51,359 bases of DNA from a virus (taxonomy: Duplodnaviria > Caudoviricetes): positions 1 to 51,359 of IMG/VR virus record IMGVR_UViG_3300033405_000987. One strand, given 5' to 3'. Positions 28,636 to 37,948 of this stretch are shown here, one piece after another. The position numbers and the translations under genes are program-made. How positions within the stretch are numbered: position 1 is the first letter of the stretch; the number at the start of each line of letters is the position of its first letter. The notes beneath the pieces were generated by a model. That model was not told where the DNA came from and did no database searches. It saw nothing but the letters and a program-made list of their open reading frames with translations.

Positions 28636-29403
28636 CTAGGACTGAATGTTGAAGGTGGTGGGGTCTTCCTGGAAAGCGACAAGGTCATCCAGCAGGGAAG
28701 AACCCGAACTGAACGCACCGGGGAGCTGGGAGAGGAGGAAGTTGGTCTTCTTCATTTCCAGAAGTATTTTGAGCAGCAGTTCGTTGGCGCTCTCGATGGC
28801 GCCGTTGGTCTCGGCCGGGCGCGTGCGGAGCTGGCCCTGGGCGTCGGCGGCCACGGCGGCCAATCCGGCCGGGCCTGCGGCGAAGAGACTGGCGCGGAGC
28901 ATTCCCGTTATTTCGGTGGCCAGCATGTGAACGAGGCCATCCACACCCAGGCCCGCCATTTCCACCGGGTTGCCCACAGGAGGAGATCCCGCAGGGGCCG
29001 TACCGCCGACCTGCTGCTGGCCGGAGATAACCAAGGCCCCGGTGCCGTCCGTGCGCACGGGATGCGCCACGCCGGTCTGGTCCACGCCAGCCACCGACAA
29101 CGGGCCGTCCGTCTGCACGTAAAGGATTTCCGGAAGGTCGAGGTATACCTGGAGCCTGTCCGTGGCACTCAATGCGGCGCAAGCATAGGCCAGGGTGATA
29201 GTGATGGACCCATTGGCGTTCTGCGTCAGCGTGGCCGTCTTGGTAGGGTCCCAGGGGTTGAACAGGTTCACGTTGCTGGTCACATCGGTGATGGCCATCA
29301 ACTGCTCCAGAACGAAGCCCTCGCGAACCCCGGTGATGATCACCTGGTTGGTGCCGGGCGCAAACGAATATGCGCCTACGTCGGTGCCTACGAGTCTTTT
29401 CAC
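28636..29403 (-). CDS. virion structural/tail fibre-associated protein
   Basis: Real start GTG at 29403 (GTGA overlap, RBS GGAGG); MKRLVG...Y.F.P...IT.VT.N motif. Confidence 0.7.
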   Translation of the reverse strand: MKRLVGTDVGAYSFAPGTNQVIITGVREGFVLEQLMAITDVTSNVNLFNPWDPTKTATLTQNANGSITITLAYACAALSATDRLQVYLDLPEILYVQTDGPLSVAGVDQTGVAHPVRTDGTGALVISGQQQVGGTAPAGSPPVGNPVEMAGLGVDGLVHMLATEITGMLRASLFAAGPAGLAAVAADAQGQLRTRPAETNGAIESANELLLKILLEMKKTNFLLSQLPGAFSSGSSLLDDLVAFQEDPTTFNIQS

Positions 29404-30236
29404 AGCATCCCTCCCATCACCAGGGCCATTCCGGCCATCATCGCCAGCGAGCCCTGCACACCTTGGACGCCTTGGGGCCCCAGCACTCCGGACAAGCCGA
29501 TGTTCCAGTTCGCGAATGTCCCCGATCCGCCCACGGCTTCGACGTTGACCACGAGGGACGAGACATCGTCGTAGGATGTCACCGGACCGGCCATCCAATC
29601 GGCGGGGTTGGCCGCGTTCACGACGATCACCCACTGGCCGGCCATGAACTGCTTGTTGGCCTGCACGGCTAGAATGAGCGAACCGGTGCTGATGGTCGCG
29701 GACGTCGTTGAGGTCGCCCCCAGGCTCGTCCCGTAGCTGGCCGCGAGTGCCGCCGCATTCTGGGCGTTCTGTTCTGAGGTTGCGGCGTTATATGCGAGTT
29801 GGGCCGCGCTGAGAGCGCTCATGGCGGCTGAGGCTTGGTTCAGAGCGGCCTGCTGGGCGCTTGCAGCGGAGGCCTGCTGGCTCTCAAGCGCGGCCGACTG
29901 CGCCTGGATGGCCAGGGAGATGGACGGCGATGCGTCCAGGTTGAGAATATTCCAGAGATCACACGGACCGTTCGGCACCACGGCCATGGCCCTGATGGGC
30001 TTCTCCGGAGTTACGATGGTCACCTTGTACTGAGTGCCCATCGAACCCAGAGCGTTCGGGAAGACATTGAGAATCACGGTCCCGGTGGCGTCGGTCTCAT
30101 CCTGCACTGTGGACTGGACCACGAACCCCTCGTACACATCGGGACTGTTCAGGACCATGGTGACCGTGGCACCCTCAATGGGATTGGCGTACTGGTCAGC
30201 GACGACGCAGGTTACCGGGACTGTGGGAAGCGACAT
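29400..30236 (-). CDS. tail fibre N-terminal/attachment protein
   Basis: N-terminal Ig-like anchor, Ala/Ser coiled coil, W.I.L.G..G.QG.QG collagen-like tail. Confidence 0.75.
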   Translation of the reverse strand: MSLPTVPVTCVVADQYANPIEGATVTMVLNSPDVYEGFVVQSTVQDETDATGTVILNVFPNALGSMGTQYKVTIVTPEKPIRAMAVVPNGPCDLWNILNLDASPSISLAIQAQSAALESQQASAASAQQAALNQASAAMSALSAAQLAYNAATSEQNAQNAAALAASYGTSLGATSTTSATISTGSLILAVQANKQFMAGQWVIVVNAANPADWMAGPVTSYDDVSSLVVNVEAVGGSGTFANWNIGLSGVLGPQGVQGVQGSLAMMAGMALVMGGML

Positions 30237-30533
30237 TTAGTAGCCCCCTCGATCAGTCGGACGATACGGCTTCCGGTCTACCTGCTCAGGATTCTTCTGC
30301 ACCGGGGCCACCGTGATGACCTTGTAGATGCCACGAAGACCTACGAGCTTGCCCTGAAGTCCGCGCACATCGTCAGGGCTGCAACGCTCCAGTAGGTCAC
30401 GACAGTTGTGGATCTCGTCATCGAGGAGCGCCAGCAGGTTCTCCATCGTGGCGTCATTCCTGGAGAGGTGCAGGCGCTCAATCAGCGCCTGCCTCTCGTC
30501 AGGACTGAGGCGGTCCCGGGTTGTTGTACGCAT
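30237..30533 (-). CDS. small portal-associated protein (Bbp19-like)
   Basis: Start MRTTTRD at 30533; L...V..LQG...GLR pattern typical of the gene following podovirus portals. Confidence 0.6.
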   Translation of the reverse strand: MRTTTRDRLSPDERQALIERLHLSRNDATMENLLALLDDEIHNCRDLLERCSPDDVRGLQGKLVGLRGIYKVITVAPVQKNPEQVDRKPYRPTDRGGY

Positions 30534-30945
30534 CGGCGAAGTCCTGGTCAGGATCGCCGGAGCCCGGCTGAACCTGAAGGTCGGATATTTGAACCTGAAT
30601 GCCGCCATTGGGAGCATTGCCCATGACGGTACCGGTGGCCGAGATCTGGAGGGGGCTTCCCTGCTGGAGGTCGCCGGGCTGGATGCCGCTCTGTTGCAAG
30701 GTCTGTGGGCTCAAGGTGATGGGCGGCATACCGCCGCCGCCGGGCTGTCCACCCTGGCCACCGGACTGGGTGGGATCAGACAGGCCACCACCCTGGGGCT
30801 GCGGAGGCATTCCGCCGCTCTGGCTGGGATCAGCCGGGCCACCGGACGGACCGCCTGGCGCGGGCTGATCGCCGCCCTGCGTTTGCTCAGCCTGCTTCTG
30901 GGCGAGCATGGCCGCGAGGCCGGGAGGCATTTTAGAGGGGGGCAT
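30499..30945 (-). CDS. low-complexity P/G/Q-rich hypothetical protein
   Basis: RBS AAGGA, 148 aa; short beta-rich C-terminal part. Confidence 0.6.
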   Translation of the reverse strand: MPPSKMPPGLAAMLAQKQAEQTQGGDQPAPGGPSGGPADPSQSGGMPPQPQGGGLSDPTQSGGQGGQPGGGGMPPITLSPQTLQQSGIQPGDLQQGSPLQISATGTVMGNAPNGGIQVQISDLQVQPGSGDPDQDFADAYNNPGPPQS

Positions 30946-30969
30946 GTACGTATCCTTGGGTGAAAGGGT

Positions 30970-31611
30970 TTAGTGGACCAGGGCCGCGATGGCGTAGGGA
31001 CCCACGACCTCAACGGCGGTGCTCAGAATGGACTCGGCGGTAGCCCAGGCCGAACTCGTGCCACTGGTGCTGGCCGTAGCCATGTTGGCCTCATAAGTTG
31101 TGATCGCACCCTGAAGTTGGGTCAGCACAGGCGTGACCTCGGCATCGATCTTGGCAGCATCCGCCGGCTTCTGAGCCTTGGCCGTGGTCGCTGCGGCTTG
31201 GAAGTTGGTCAGCGAGCTTTGCAGGTAGGTGAGGGCGGCTTGCTGCTGCTCCAGGCTGACGGCGGGGGAAGCGGGCACGGCCGGTGTGGTGGATGTGCCC
31301 GCGCAGGCGGACATGCCCATGGACACGAGCACCGACAATCCCAGGGCCAGAATCAGCGCGGAAGCAGCGCGCCCGCAGGAACCCGGCTGGACACCGGGCT
31401 GGACGGGATTGGGTCCGTTCTTCGTGGGCATGGACAGCGTGATCCCCTGCGAGTCGCAGAAGTGGATGATCGCATTCGCCACGGCCAGGATGGTGAGCTG
31501 GGCCTGTGGGTTGAACCAGGGGGCGCTCTGGTAAATCTGCACCAGGGCTATGGCCAGGGCGGCAACGTTCATCCAGAGGGCCGGTTTGGTGATGGCGGAC
31601 TTGATGTTCAT
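30970..31611 (-). CDS. membrane protein: holin-like N-terminus plus internal lipobox (spanin candidate)
   Basis: Start MNIKSA at 31611 (AAGGAG, ATGA overlap); two hydrophobic segments, then LILALGLSVLVSMGMSA-C, helical domain, hydrophobic C-terminus. Confidence 0.65.
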   Translation of the reverse strand: MNIKSAITKPALWMNVAALAIALVQIYQSAPWFNPQAQLTILAVANAIIHFCDSQGITLSMPTKNGPNPVQPGVQPGSCGRAASALILALGLSVLVSMGMSACAGTSTTPAVPASPAVSLEQQQAALTYLQSSLTNFQAAATTAKAQKPADAAKIDAEVTPVLTQLQGAITTYEANMATASTSGTSSAWATAESILSTAVEVVGPYAIAALVH

Positions 31612-31790
31612 TTCTTCATCTCCTTGAAGGTTGCAGCGAGATTCGCTTCCTTCTCGATTTTGGAGTTCTTGGACTTCTTGCCAGCGGCCACGGCCTTGTC
31701 GGTGGCACCGGAGAAGCCCTGTCTCTTTGCCCACGCAGTGAACGCGCCCTTGTGCAGGTCCGCGTTTTCAATCCAATCTTTGCTCATCAC
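31608..31790 (-). CDS. small basic phage protein
   Basis: WI.....KGAFT..AK......A.LA.T...M.K motif; coupled to portal stop. Confidence 0.7.
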   Translation of the reverse strand: MMSKDWIENADLHKGAFTAWAKRQGFSGATDKAVAAGKKSKNSKIEKEANLAATFKEMKK

Positions 31791-34030
31791 ATGCTCCCGG
31801 GCATCGCCGACATGCCGCCATCGCCCTGTCCGGCGAGGTCCGGCGACATCGCGCCGGCATCCTGCCTGTCGCCTTGGAGTTTACCCACGGCCAGGGCCTG
31901 CTTGATGCCCAACTCTCCCGCGATCTTCTTGTTCTGGAGAGCAAGCTGGCCGCTGATCTGCTTGTCCTTCAGCGCCAGTTCGCCCTGTGAGGCATCCTGG
32001 TCAGGCTGTTGCGATGCCGCGCCCTTGAGCTGCTGAACCTGCTTCTGGAGCTGCTGGATGGCGTCCGCCATCTTCTGCATGACCGGGGAAATCTGCTGGA
32101 GGACGGCCGAGCCCGAGGTCTGGTTCTGCTGCTTCTGAATCTGAGCGTAGACATCCTTCTCGTAGACGATGCCTTCGGACACCTCGTTATTGATGGCGAT
32201 CTGCCGGAGCAGTTCGTTGACATCGACCATTGACCGAAGCTGCGGGTCTGGCGCGACGGCCTGCCAGAACTGCATGAGCTGCTGCGCACGGACTTCGCGT
32301 GCCTGGACGCCGGCCACGCCCCGCGCTTTGATGCTGAAGCTGCCCTTGATGCTCGGGTCGGGATTGAACTCCATGTTCCAGCACACCAACTCGGTGATCA
32401 GCGGGCGTTGCACTTCGTCATCGAAGCGCAGGAGCTGCTCACGGTTCATGCTGTTCGAGCGGCTCATGAGCATGGACAAGCCGGTCGCGGTCTGGGCAGC
32501 CTGGCCGACACGTTCGTCGCCGGTGTCCACCCGGGGAATGCCGGAGATGTCGTCCATGAGCTGGTCGCCCAGTTCGCGGATCAGATTCACTTCTTGGATA
32601 TGCGAGTCGAACGTCATGGGCTTCACGGCCGCCGCCATGGCGTCCTGGCCCATGCCCACGCGCAACCACGCCTTGAACGGGGTCACCGCGAGCGCGTCCT
32701 CGTTGTTGGGCATCTCCAACAGGTCCAGGTTGAGCTCGACTTGCGGGCCGGCGCAGATCGCCGCGTTGTCCAGCATGATCCGCGTGGCGCTGTTCAAAAT
32801 GTCCTGAGGATCCTTGGAGAGCTGCGCGATGCCTTCGCCCCAGAACGAGGATTCGTCCTTGTCGAAGTAGTAGAAATAGTAGGGATGCTTGCGGACGTTC
32901 AGGTGCGACAATACGGCCTTGATGACCACGGGCCCCATCAACCAAACCTGAGCCCACATGTCGCCCGTGGCATCCTCCGAGATGCCCGGAGCTCCGGCGT
33001 TCCGCAGTTCCTCGGCGGTCACGAGGCCCCAGAATTCCAGCACCTCGTAACGCTTCTCGCGCTGCACGCGCATGTAGGTGTTCTCGTCCTCTCCGATGGC
33101 GCGCAACTCTGTTTCGTAGGTCTTCCAGGCCTGCGCGGTGCCGTTGGGATAGGCCTCGAGCACTCCCATGATCGCCTCGCTGTCGAAGTCCTCGCGGGCG
33201 TGCAGGTCGAGCATTTCCATGCGGGTCTTGATGTGCCGCTCGTACATGCCCTGCAGTTCATCCGCGTTGTTGGCAGACGGGTCCGGGTAGAATCCCCAGT
33301 GCGAGGATCGGGTGATGTAGGGCGCGTACTCGGTGGTCTTGTCCGCTTCCCAGGTCTGCACCTGCACAGGGATCTGGATCACCTGACCCGGGTTGTGCGG
33401 GTCAGGGTGTTCCTGCATCTCGGTCTTGATGACCGGACGGTACTTCGTGCCCACCTTCTCGGTGACGAGCGGTCCCTTGACGATCCCGGTGCCGTACAGG
33501 TTGCCCGCGTGGATGGCCTGGCGCAGGATGCCCGTCCACATCTTGCGCGAGTCACCGTCGAGCTGCGACAGGATGGTGCGCTCCATGTTCCGGGCGCGGA
33601 TGTTCGCGAGCTCTTTGACCGCCGCGTCGATGTCGGCTTGCTGCGGAGACTGCCCGTTTAGCTTCTCGGTGAGGCTGTCGATGATCTGCTGGAGGTCCGG
33701 GGCGGGAAGCTCGGGGTTCTGGTCCGGCTCCAACGTCCACGTCTGGTCGTTGTTCCCCAGCATGACCTGGAGCATAAGACGCGTGAAAATTTCCACCTTG
33801 AGCCGTGTCTGGCGCAGGAACACGGACGACCGCTTGGGGTCCATCCGCCTGACCTGCTCGTCGGTGTACCGACCTCGATAGCGGTAGAGGTCGTCGATCC
33901 ACCGCTCCTCCGTCATCCGACGTGCCTTTTCGTAGGTGTCGAATTGATCGAACAATTCCTGGCCCAGGTTGGAAACCCAGGCGCTGGCCGCCGAGTAATC
34001 GGCTGCGGGCGGTGTCGGCTGATCAGCCAT
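31787..34030 (-). CDS. portal protein
   Basis: 747 aa after terL; E.RW..D...YRG.Y, YGTGI.KGP, FYPDPSA, YEVLE.WG, TA.G.SMLM. Confidence 0.9.
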   Translation of the reverse strand: MADQPTPPAADYSAASAWVSNLGQELFDQFDTYEKARRMTEERWIDDLYRYRGRYTDEQVRRMDPKRSSVFLRQTRLKVEIFTRLMLQVMLGNNDQTWTLEPDQNPELPAPDLQQIIDSLTEKLNGQSPQQADIDAAVKELANIRARNMERTILSQLDGDSRKMWTGILRQAIHAGNLYGTGIVKGPLVTEKVGTKYRPVIKTEMQEHPDPHNPGQVIQIPVQVQTWEADKTTEYAPYITRSSHWGFYPDPSANNADELQGMYERHIKTRMEMLDLHAREDFDSEAIMGVLEAYPNGTAQAWKTYETELRAIGEDENTYMRVQREKRYEVLEFWGLVTAEELRNAGAPGISEDATGDMWAQVWLMGPVVIKAVLSHLNVRKHPYYFYYFDKDESSFWGEGIAQLSKDPQDILNSATRIMLDNAAICAGPQVELNLDLLEMPNNEDALAVTPFKAWLRVGMGQDAMAAAVKPMTFDSHIQEVNLIRELGDQLMDDISGIPRVDTGDERVGQAAQTATGLSMLMSRSNSMNREQLLRFDDEVQRPLITELVCWNMEFNPDPSIKGSFSIKARGVAGVQAREVRAQQLMQFWQAVAPDPQLRSMVDVNELLRQIAINNEVSEGIVYEKDVYAQIQKQQNQTSGSAVLQQISPVMQKMADAIQQLQKQVQQLKGAASQQPDQDASQGELALKDKQISGQLALQNKKIAGELGIKQALAVGKLQGDRQDAGAMSPDLAGQGDGGMSAMPGSM

Positions 34031-35460
34031 CAGTAGCCTCCCGCCGTGGCCGCGCGGTATGTGCGACCCGCGTAGTGTTCATGGGCGCGTGTGCGGCGCT
34101 CGTCGCGGATGCGATCAGCGTGCAGCTCGAGACAGCCGTATTGGAGGGCATCATGCGGGTGCGAGTAGGAATTCTTCGCGGGTTCGTCCTTGAAGCGCTC
34201 ATCCCCCACCACTTGGACACGCTGGAAGAAGTAGCGACCAAGGAAACCCTTGCGGAGCCGCGTGCATGACGGGTCCAGCTGGAAGCGAGCACGGCCGTCG
34301 ATCAGGCCGGTGAGCACGCTGGCCACGGACTCGCGCCTGGCGGTGAATGCGTTCGTGCGCGCAGGCTTGGTTGGGATTTTCAGTTCGCGCAGGATGTCCA
34401 TGCACGCACGCGCGTCGGTCTGTGCGCGCTGCGTCCCGGCCGGGTCACCAACCGAGACGATGTCCCAGTCGTCGTATTGCGCCAGGTCAGGCAGCACGAC
34501 ATCCGCTGCAAACGCGGTGATGCCGCTGTCTTCGGAACACCATTCGCGCAGAACGTGCACGTAGCCGCGGCTGGTCTTCTGGATCAGGATCGCGGCCGGC
34601 GTCAGGCCGAAGTCCCAGCATAGGATAAGCGGCTGGCCAGCGATGGGCTTAAGCGCGACAGGCGAGACGTGGAGCTGATCGTTGTATTCGGGGTAAACGG
34701 GCTTTCCGGTGCCGATGACGCCGTACTCGCCTCCCAGATACGCCGCGATGTACTCCTCGGACTTCCCTTCCTTCTGGCGCAGGTAATACTCATAGCCCCC
34801 GTCCAGGTGCTCGATGTTCTCGGCAAGCGGGTTCGGCACCCATTCGCCGTTCTTGTTCTTGAGCAGGCCGCCGGGCTGACGGAAGAAGCGCCAGCCTATG
34901 GGCGTCTCTTCCTCGGCCAGCCTGAACCACCAGTGATCATCGTCGCTGGGGTTGGTGTCCATGAACACGCCACGCCAGGTCGGTCCACCATCGGACTTGG
35001 CCGGGAAGCGCCCTACTCGTCCCGTGAGACCGTCCAGGATCGCTTTCGGTACTTCCCTGGCCTCGTTGATCCAGGCGCCGGTCAGCTCGAGCGAGAGCAG
35101 CTTCTTGATGTGTTCAGGGCGATCCAGAGCGCGGAAGAGGATCTCGGCTTCGACATCATCCACGCGCAGGGTGAAAACGAACTTGGTCTTGTCCAGGCTG
35201 CCGAAGACGCCATCGGGGAACCACTGGAGCCACGTCTTAAGCGTGGTGTCCAAGAGCTCGCCGTAGGTGTTGCGCACGATGGCCCAGCGCGTGCGCCGCT
35301 TGCCGTCCTTGCCTGGAGCCTGTGCGCAGGCGCGCATGAAGATTTCCCAGCACATGCCCACGGACTTGCCGCTGCCCACCGGACCCATGACGCCGCGCAC
35401 GAACGCCTCGCAGTCATGGAAACGGTCCAGCGTGGGGGAAGCAACGTACTCCAGCCTCAT
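34030..35460 (-). CDS. terL: terminase large subunit
   Basis: Walker A GPVGSGKS, Walker B WINE, DTNP, nuclease DFGLTP, GDPAG, SHPHDALQY. Confidence 0.95.
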   Translation of the reverse strand: MRLEYVASPTLDRFHDCEAFVRGVMGPVGSGKSVGMCWEIFMRACAQAPGKDGKRRTRWAIVRNTYGELLDTTLKTWLQWFPDGVFGSLDKTKFVFTLRVDDVEAEILFRALDRPEHIKKLLSLELTGAWINEAREVPKAILDGLTGRVGRFPAKSDGGPTWRGVFMDTNPSDDDHWWFRLAEEETPIGWRFFRQPGGLLKNKNGEWVPNPLAENIEHLDGGYEYYLRQKEGKSEEYIAAYLGGEYGVIGTGKPVYPEYNDQLHVSPVALKPIAGQPLILCWDFGLTPAAILIQKTSRGYVHVLREWCSEDSGITAFAADVVLPDLAQYDDWDIVSVGDPAGTQRAQTDARACMDILRELKIPTKPARTNAFTARRESVASVLTGLIDGRARFQLDPSCTRLRKGFLGRYFFQRVQVVGDERFKDEPAKNSYSHPHDALQYGCLELHADRIRDERRTRAHEHYAGRTYRAATAGGY

Positions 35461-35987
35461 TTGCCCGCTCCACGCTGAATGATGATCTCGAAGCGACCCT
35501 CGGCCTTCACATTGAGCGTGTCCGGATTGATGCCCAGGTGCTTGGCGAGTTGGGTGAGCGCGTCCATCTTGCTGTGGAACTTGAGCTTTGTTCTGCGCCC
35601 CTGGATGAAGCCTTTCTTCCCGTCCGGTTCCTGGTAAAAATCCTGGGTGATCTCGGAAACTGCGGCGAACTGTTCCCGCGTGATGCGCTCCAGATCCACG
35701 CGCGGGACGCCGTCTTCGATGATCACGTAGTCGGCCAGGTTGGCGAACGCGACGACACCCAACTCCTGCAGGACTCGGTCGGACGTAATCTCGGTACGTT
35801 TTGAGCGCTTATCCCGAGCGGCCTGGATCGCCTTGGCCACATGGGGCTTGTCCATGAGCTGGGACCCGATCTTCACGGCATTGCGTTCGCTGTAGCCTGC
35901 CCGAATGGCGGCCTGCGTCTGGTTTTCGTCGATGAGAATCTCCTCGACGTATCGCGCCTGCTTCGGGGTTAGCTGCTTCTCGGCCAT
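35457..35987 (-). CDS. terS: terminase small subunit
   Basis: LTPKQ.RYVEE...D.N.TQAAIRAGYS, K..AL..L.KHLG. Confidence 0.93.
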   Translation of the reverse strand: MAEKQLTPKQARYVEEILIDENQTQAAIRAGYSERNAVKIGSQLMDKPHVAKAIQAARDKRSKRTEITSDRVLQELGVVAFANLADYVIIEDGVPRVDLERITREQFAAVSEITQDFYQEPDGKKGFIQGRRTKLKFHSKMDALTQLAKHLGINPDTLNVKAEGRFEIIIQRGAGK

Positions 35988-35999
35988 GGACGTGCTTCT

Positions 36000-36299
36000 C
36001 TAGGTGTTGGGCTGGCCCGCGCTATTGGCAGCGTCATGGGCGTCAGGAGCTACGAACGGAGCCGGTTCGGCGCCCTCGGCATCGGTCACGGAGTCGCTGG
36101 CCGGCGCTTCGGGCGTTTTGGGGACTGAGAGCTGAGCAGACAGTGCGTGCAGTTCGTCGGGAGAGATCAGGTGGGAGAATTTGAGCTGATCCTGCGTAGA
36201 CAGCCCCTGAAGAGCACCCCACAGGTTCCAGGCTTCCTGCTCGCTGAGGGTGAGGACGAGCGTGGGCGGGTTGGCCGTGGTATCGACTTTGGATTCCAT
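36000..36299 (-). CDS. hypothetical protein
   Basis: RBS AGGAG; first gene after the late repeat. Confidence 0.65.
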   Translation of the reverse strand: MESKVDTTANPPTLVLTLSEQEAWNLWGALQGLSTQDQLKFSHLISPDELHALSAQLSVPKTPEAPASDSVTDAEGAEPAPFVAPDAHDAANSAGQPNT

Positions 36300-36332
36300 G
36301 GAGTTCTCCTGAGCAAGAAGTTCAGGGGAACC

Positions 36333-36363
36333 CGTAGGTCAGCGAAAAACGAAACGCACTTAG
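36333..36363 (-). promoter_or_regulatory. late regulatory repeat copy 2 (probable late promoter)
   Basis: Minus strand CTAAGTGCGTTTCGTTTTTCGCTGACCTACG, upstream of the terminase operon. Confidence 0.7.
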
Positions 36364-36722
36364 GCCTTAGATCGAAATCTTCGCGGATCGCGTAAAAATA
36401 GCCGGAAGCATTTCGCGCAGTACTTGCGCTCCCTACTGCTTCGGACGCGTTTGCCGCACGTCTGGCATGCGTAGGTTCGCACTGGACGTCGCTTCGCCCT
36501 CACGAGAGCCTTCTGGCGATCCCTTATCCGCGCGCAGGCATCGGAGCATGTGTAGCGGCGACGCAAAGTCTTGATCCAGTTCCCGCATACCTCGCACTTC
36601 CGGGCCGGGACTTTGGCCGCCACACGCTTTGCCGCTTTGTGCTGCTCCCAGGATCGGAGCTTGACGCATGTCTCGTCACACGCGGCGCGCAGGGAGCCGC
36701 AGGTGATGCAGGGGCTGGTCAT
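36360..36722 (-). CDS. basic multi-CxxC zinc-finger protein
   Basis: CITC, CDETC, CEVC, CSDAC, CQTC, CAKC. Confidence 0.65.
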   Translation of the reverse strand: MTSPCITCGSLRAACDETCVKLRSWEQHKAAKRVAAKVPARKCEVCGNWIKTLRRRYTCSDACARIRDRQKALVRAKRRPVRTYACQTCGKRVRSSRERKYCAKCFRLFLRDPRRFRSKA

Positions 36723-37087
36723 TACTTATCTCCCGGAAGGTTGATGATTATGCTTGTCATGCACGGCTCACCTTTGGGCTTGGCCTGCATCTCTATGATC
36801 CTGGATTGCTCCCTCATCTTCCGCAGCACCCAATTCACCAGCCCGGGATGAATGTCCCCATATTCGCTCTTGTCCCGCTCTGGGGCCGGGGTCAGCGGCA
36901 GAGGCTCACCCTCCTGTGCGGCCAGGGAGCGGAGCTGCTTGGGTTTGAGCGCAGTTTTGACGAAGTATATCTCGTCCGGATGTGTGTACTCGCCGGGGCT
37001 GTCCATTGCCTGTATGGCCTCGCGGGCCGTGGCGTAGATGCGGACATCTGCGCCCTCAATCCCGTGCTCGACGGTCAGGATGGGCAT
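36722..37087 (-). CDS. hypothetical protein
   Basis: Coupled to both neighbours (1-nt overlaps), RBS GAGGGG. Confidence 0.65.
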   Translation of the reverse strand: MPILTVEHGIEGADVRIYATAREAIQAMDSPGEYTHPDEIYFVKTALKPKQLRSLAAQEGEPLPLTPAPERDKSEYGDIHPGLVNWVLRKMREQSRIIEMQAKPKGEPCMTSIIINLPGDK

Positions 37088-37287
37088 CAGTCGTCCCCCT
37101 CGACTTGCTTATGGTTCACCCGCGCCCAGCCGGTTGGTGTTTCCACCACCACTTCGACCTCGTGCACTACGGCGTGACGCTCGGCCCACTCCCGCAATTC
37201 CCGGAGCGCTTGGGACACCGCGGCCTCCGTCACAAAGTCTGCCGGTAGTCTTGCCAGCGCGATGTCGTAATATTCGTTGGGTCTCAC
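37087..37287 (-). CDS. hypothetical protein
   Basis: GTG start at 37287 with GGAGG RBS, GTGA overlap. Confidence 0.55.
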   Translation of the reverse strand: MRPNEYYDIALARLPADFVTEAAVSQALRELREWAERHAVVHEVEVVVETPTGWARVNHKQVEGDD

Positions 37288-37715
37288 TCTATCCTCCCAT
37301 CTCGCCGCCCGTACTCCTCGATCCCGTAGCCCCCGCCGTCCTTCTTCCGGCGCTTCACGGCCGCGAAGAACAGGAAGAACCAGCACTGGTCCGCCACGGT
37401 CTTCCACTTCACCCTGGCGTCTTCCTCCCACCTGCCCTTGACCTCGTGCACCTCGAACCCCTCGGGAGTAGTGACGAAGAAATCCGGCGTGTAGTACGTG
37501 TTGTCTGCCAGGCGGAACTTGATGCCCTCGAACAGTATGTCCAGGACCTCGCCTGCAGCGCGCCTGGGTTCCAAGACGGTGCGCAGGTACTCGGCCTCGG
37601 TGTCGTTCATCTGGCCGATCTTGTGCGGCTTGTAGCGAGCCGGCCCCGGCCGCTTGCCCTTCCCGGCTGCCAATTCCGCCCGGAGCTGCGCCGCTGTCAT
37701 GTGCTCTTGGTGCAT
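37284..37715 (-). CDS. PD-(D/E)XK endonuclease (DUF1064-like, putative resolvase)
   Basis: E..Y...YTPDF.V....HEVKG. Confidence 0.8.
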   Translation of the reverse strand: MHQEHMTAAQLRAELAAGKGKRPGPARYKPHKIGQMNDTEAEYLRTVLEPRRAAGEVLDILFEGIKFRLADNTYYTPDFFVTTPEGFEVHEVKGRWEEDARVKWKTVADQCWFFLFFAAVKRRKKDGGGYGIEEYGRRDGRIE

Positions 37716-37948
37716 CTAGTTTCCTCTAGCGTGTCAGGTATGTACTGGGTGACCACCAACGCGTTCATTCTCTTGTCAAACTCCTCTGTGAATCTATACC
37801 TGCTATCCAAGGATGGACGTTCTGTTTCATCGCTGAACAAGGGATCCAACTTGAATCCGTATTTTCGTACGAACAGCCAAAGCAACGCATTCTGGTTGAC
37901 AGCTCTCTCAAGTTGCATCAGTGATAACGCGGCTTTTATGACTCTCAT
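37697..37948 (-). CDS. hypothetical protein
   Basis: 83 aa, ATGA-coupled, AT-richer. Confidence 0.5.
   Translation of the reverse strand: MRVIKAALSLMQLERAVNQNALLWLFVRKYGFKLDPLFSDETERPSLDSRYRFTEEFDKRMNALVVTQYIPDTLEETRCTKST

Noticed and set aside
17033-30236. Diversity-generating retroelement or invertible tail-fibre cassette
   Set aside because: No reverse transcriptase or invertase, and I saw no adenine-variant repeat pair or inverted crossover sites by eye.
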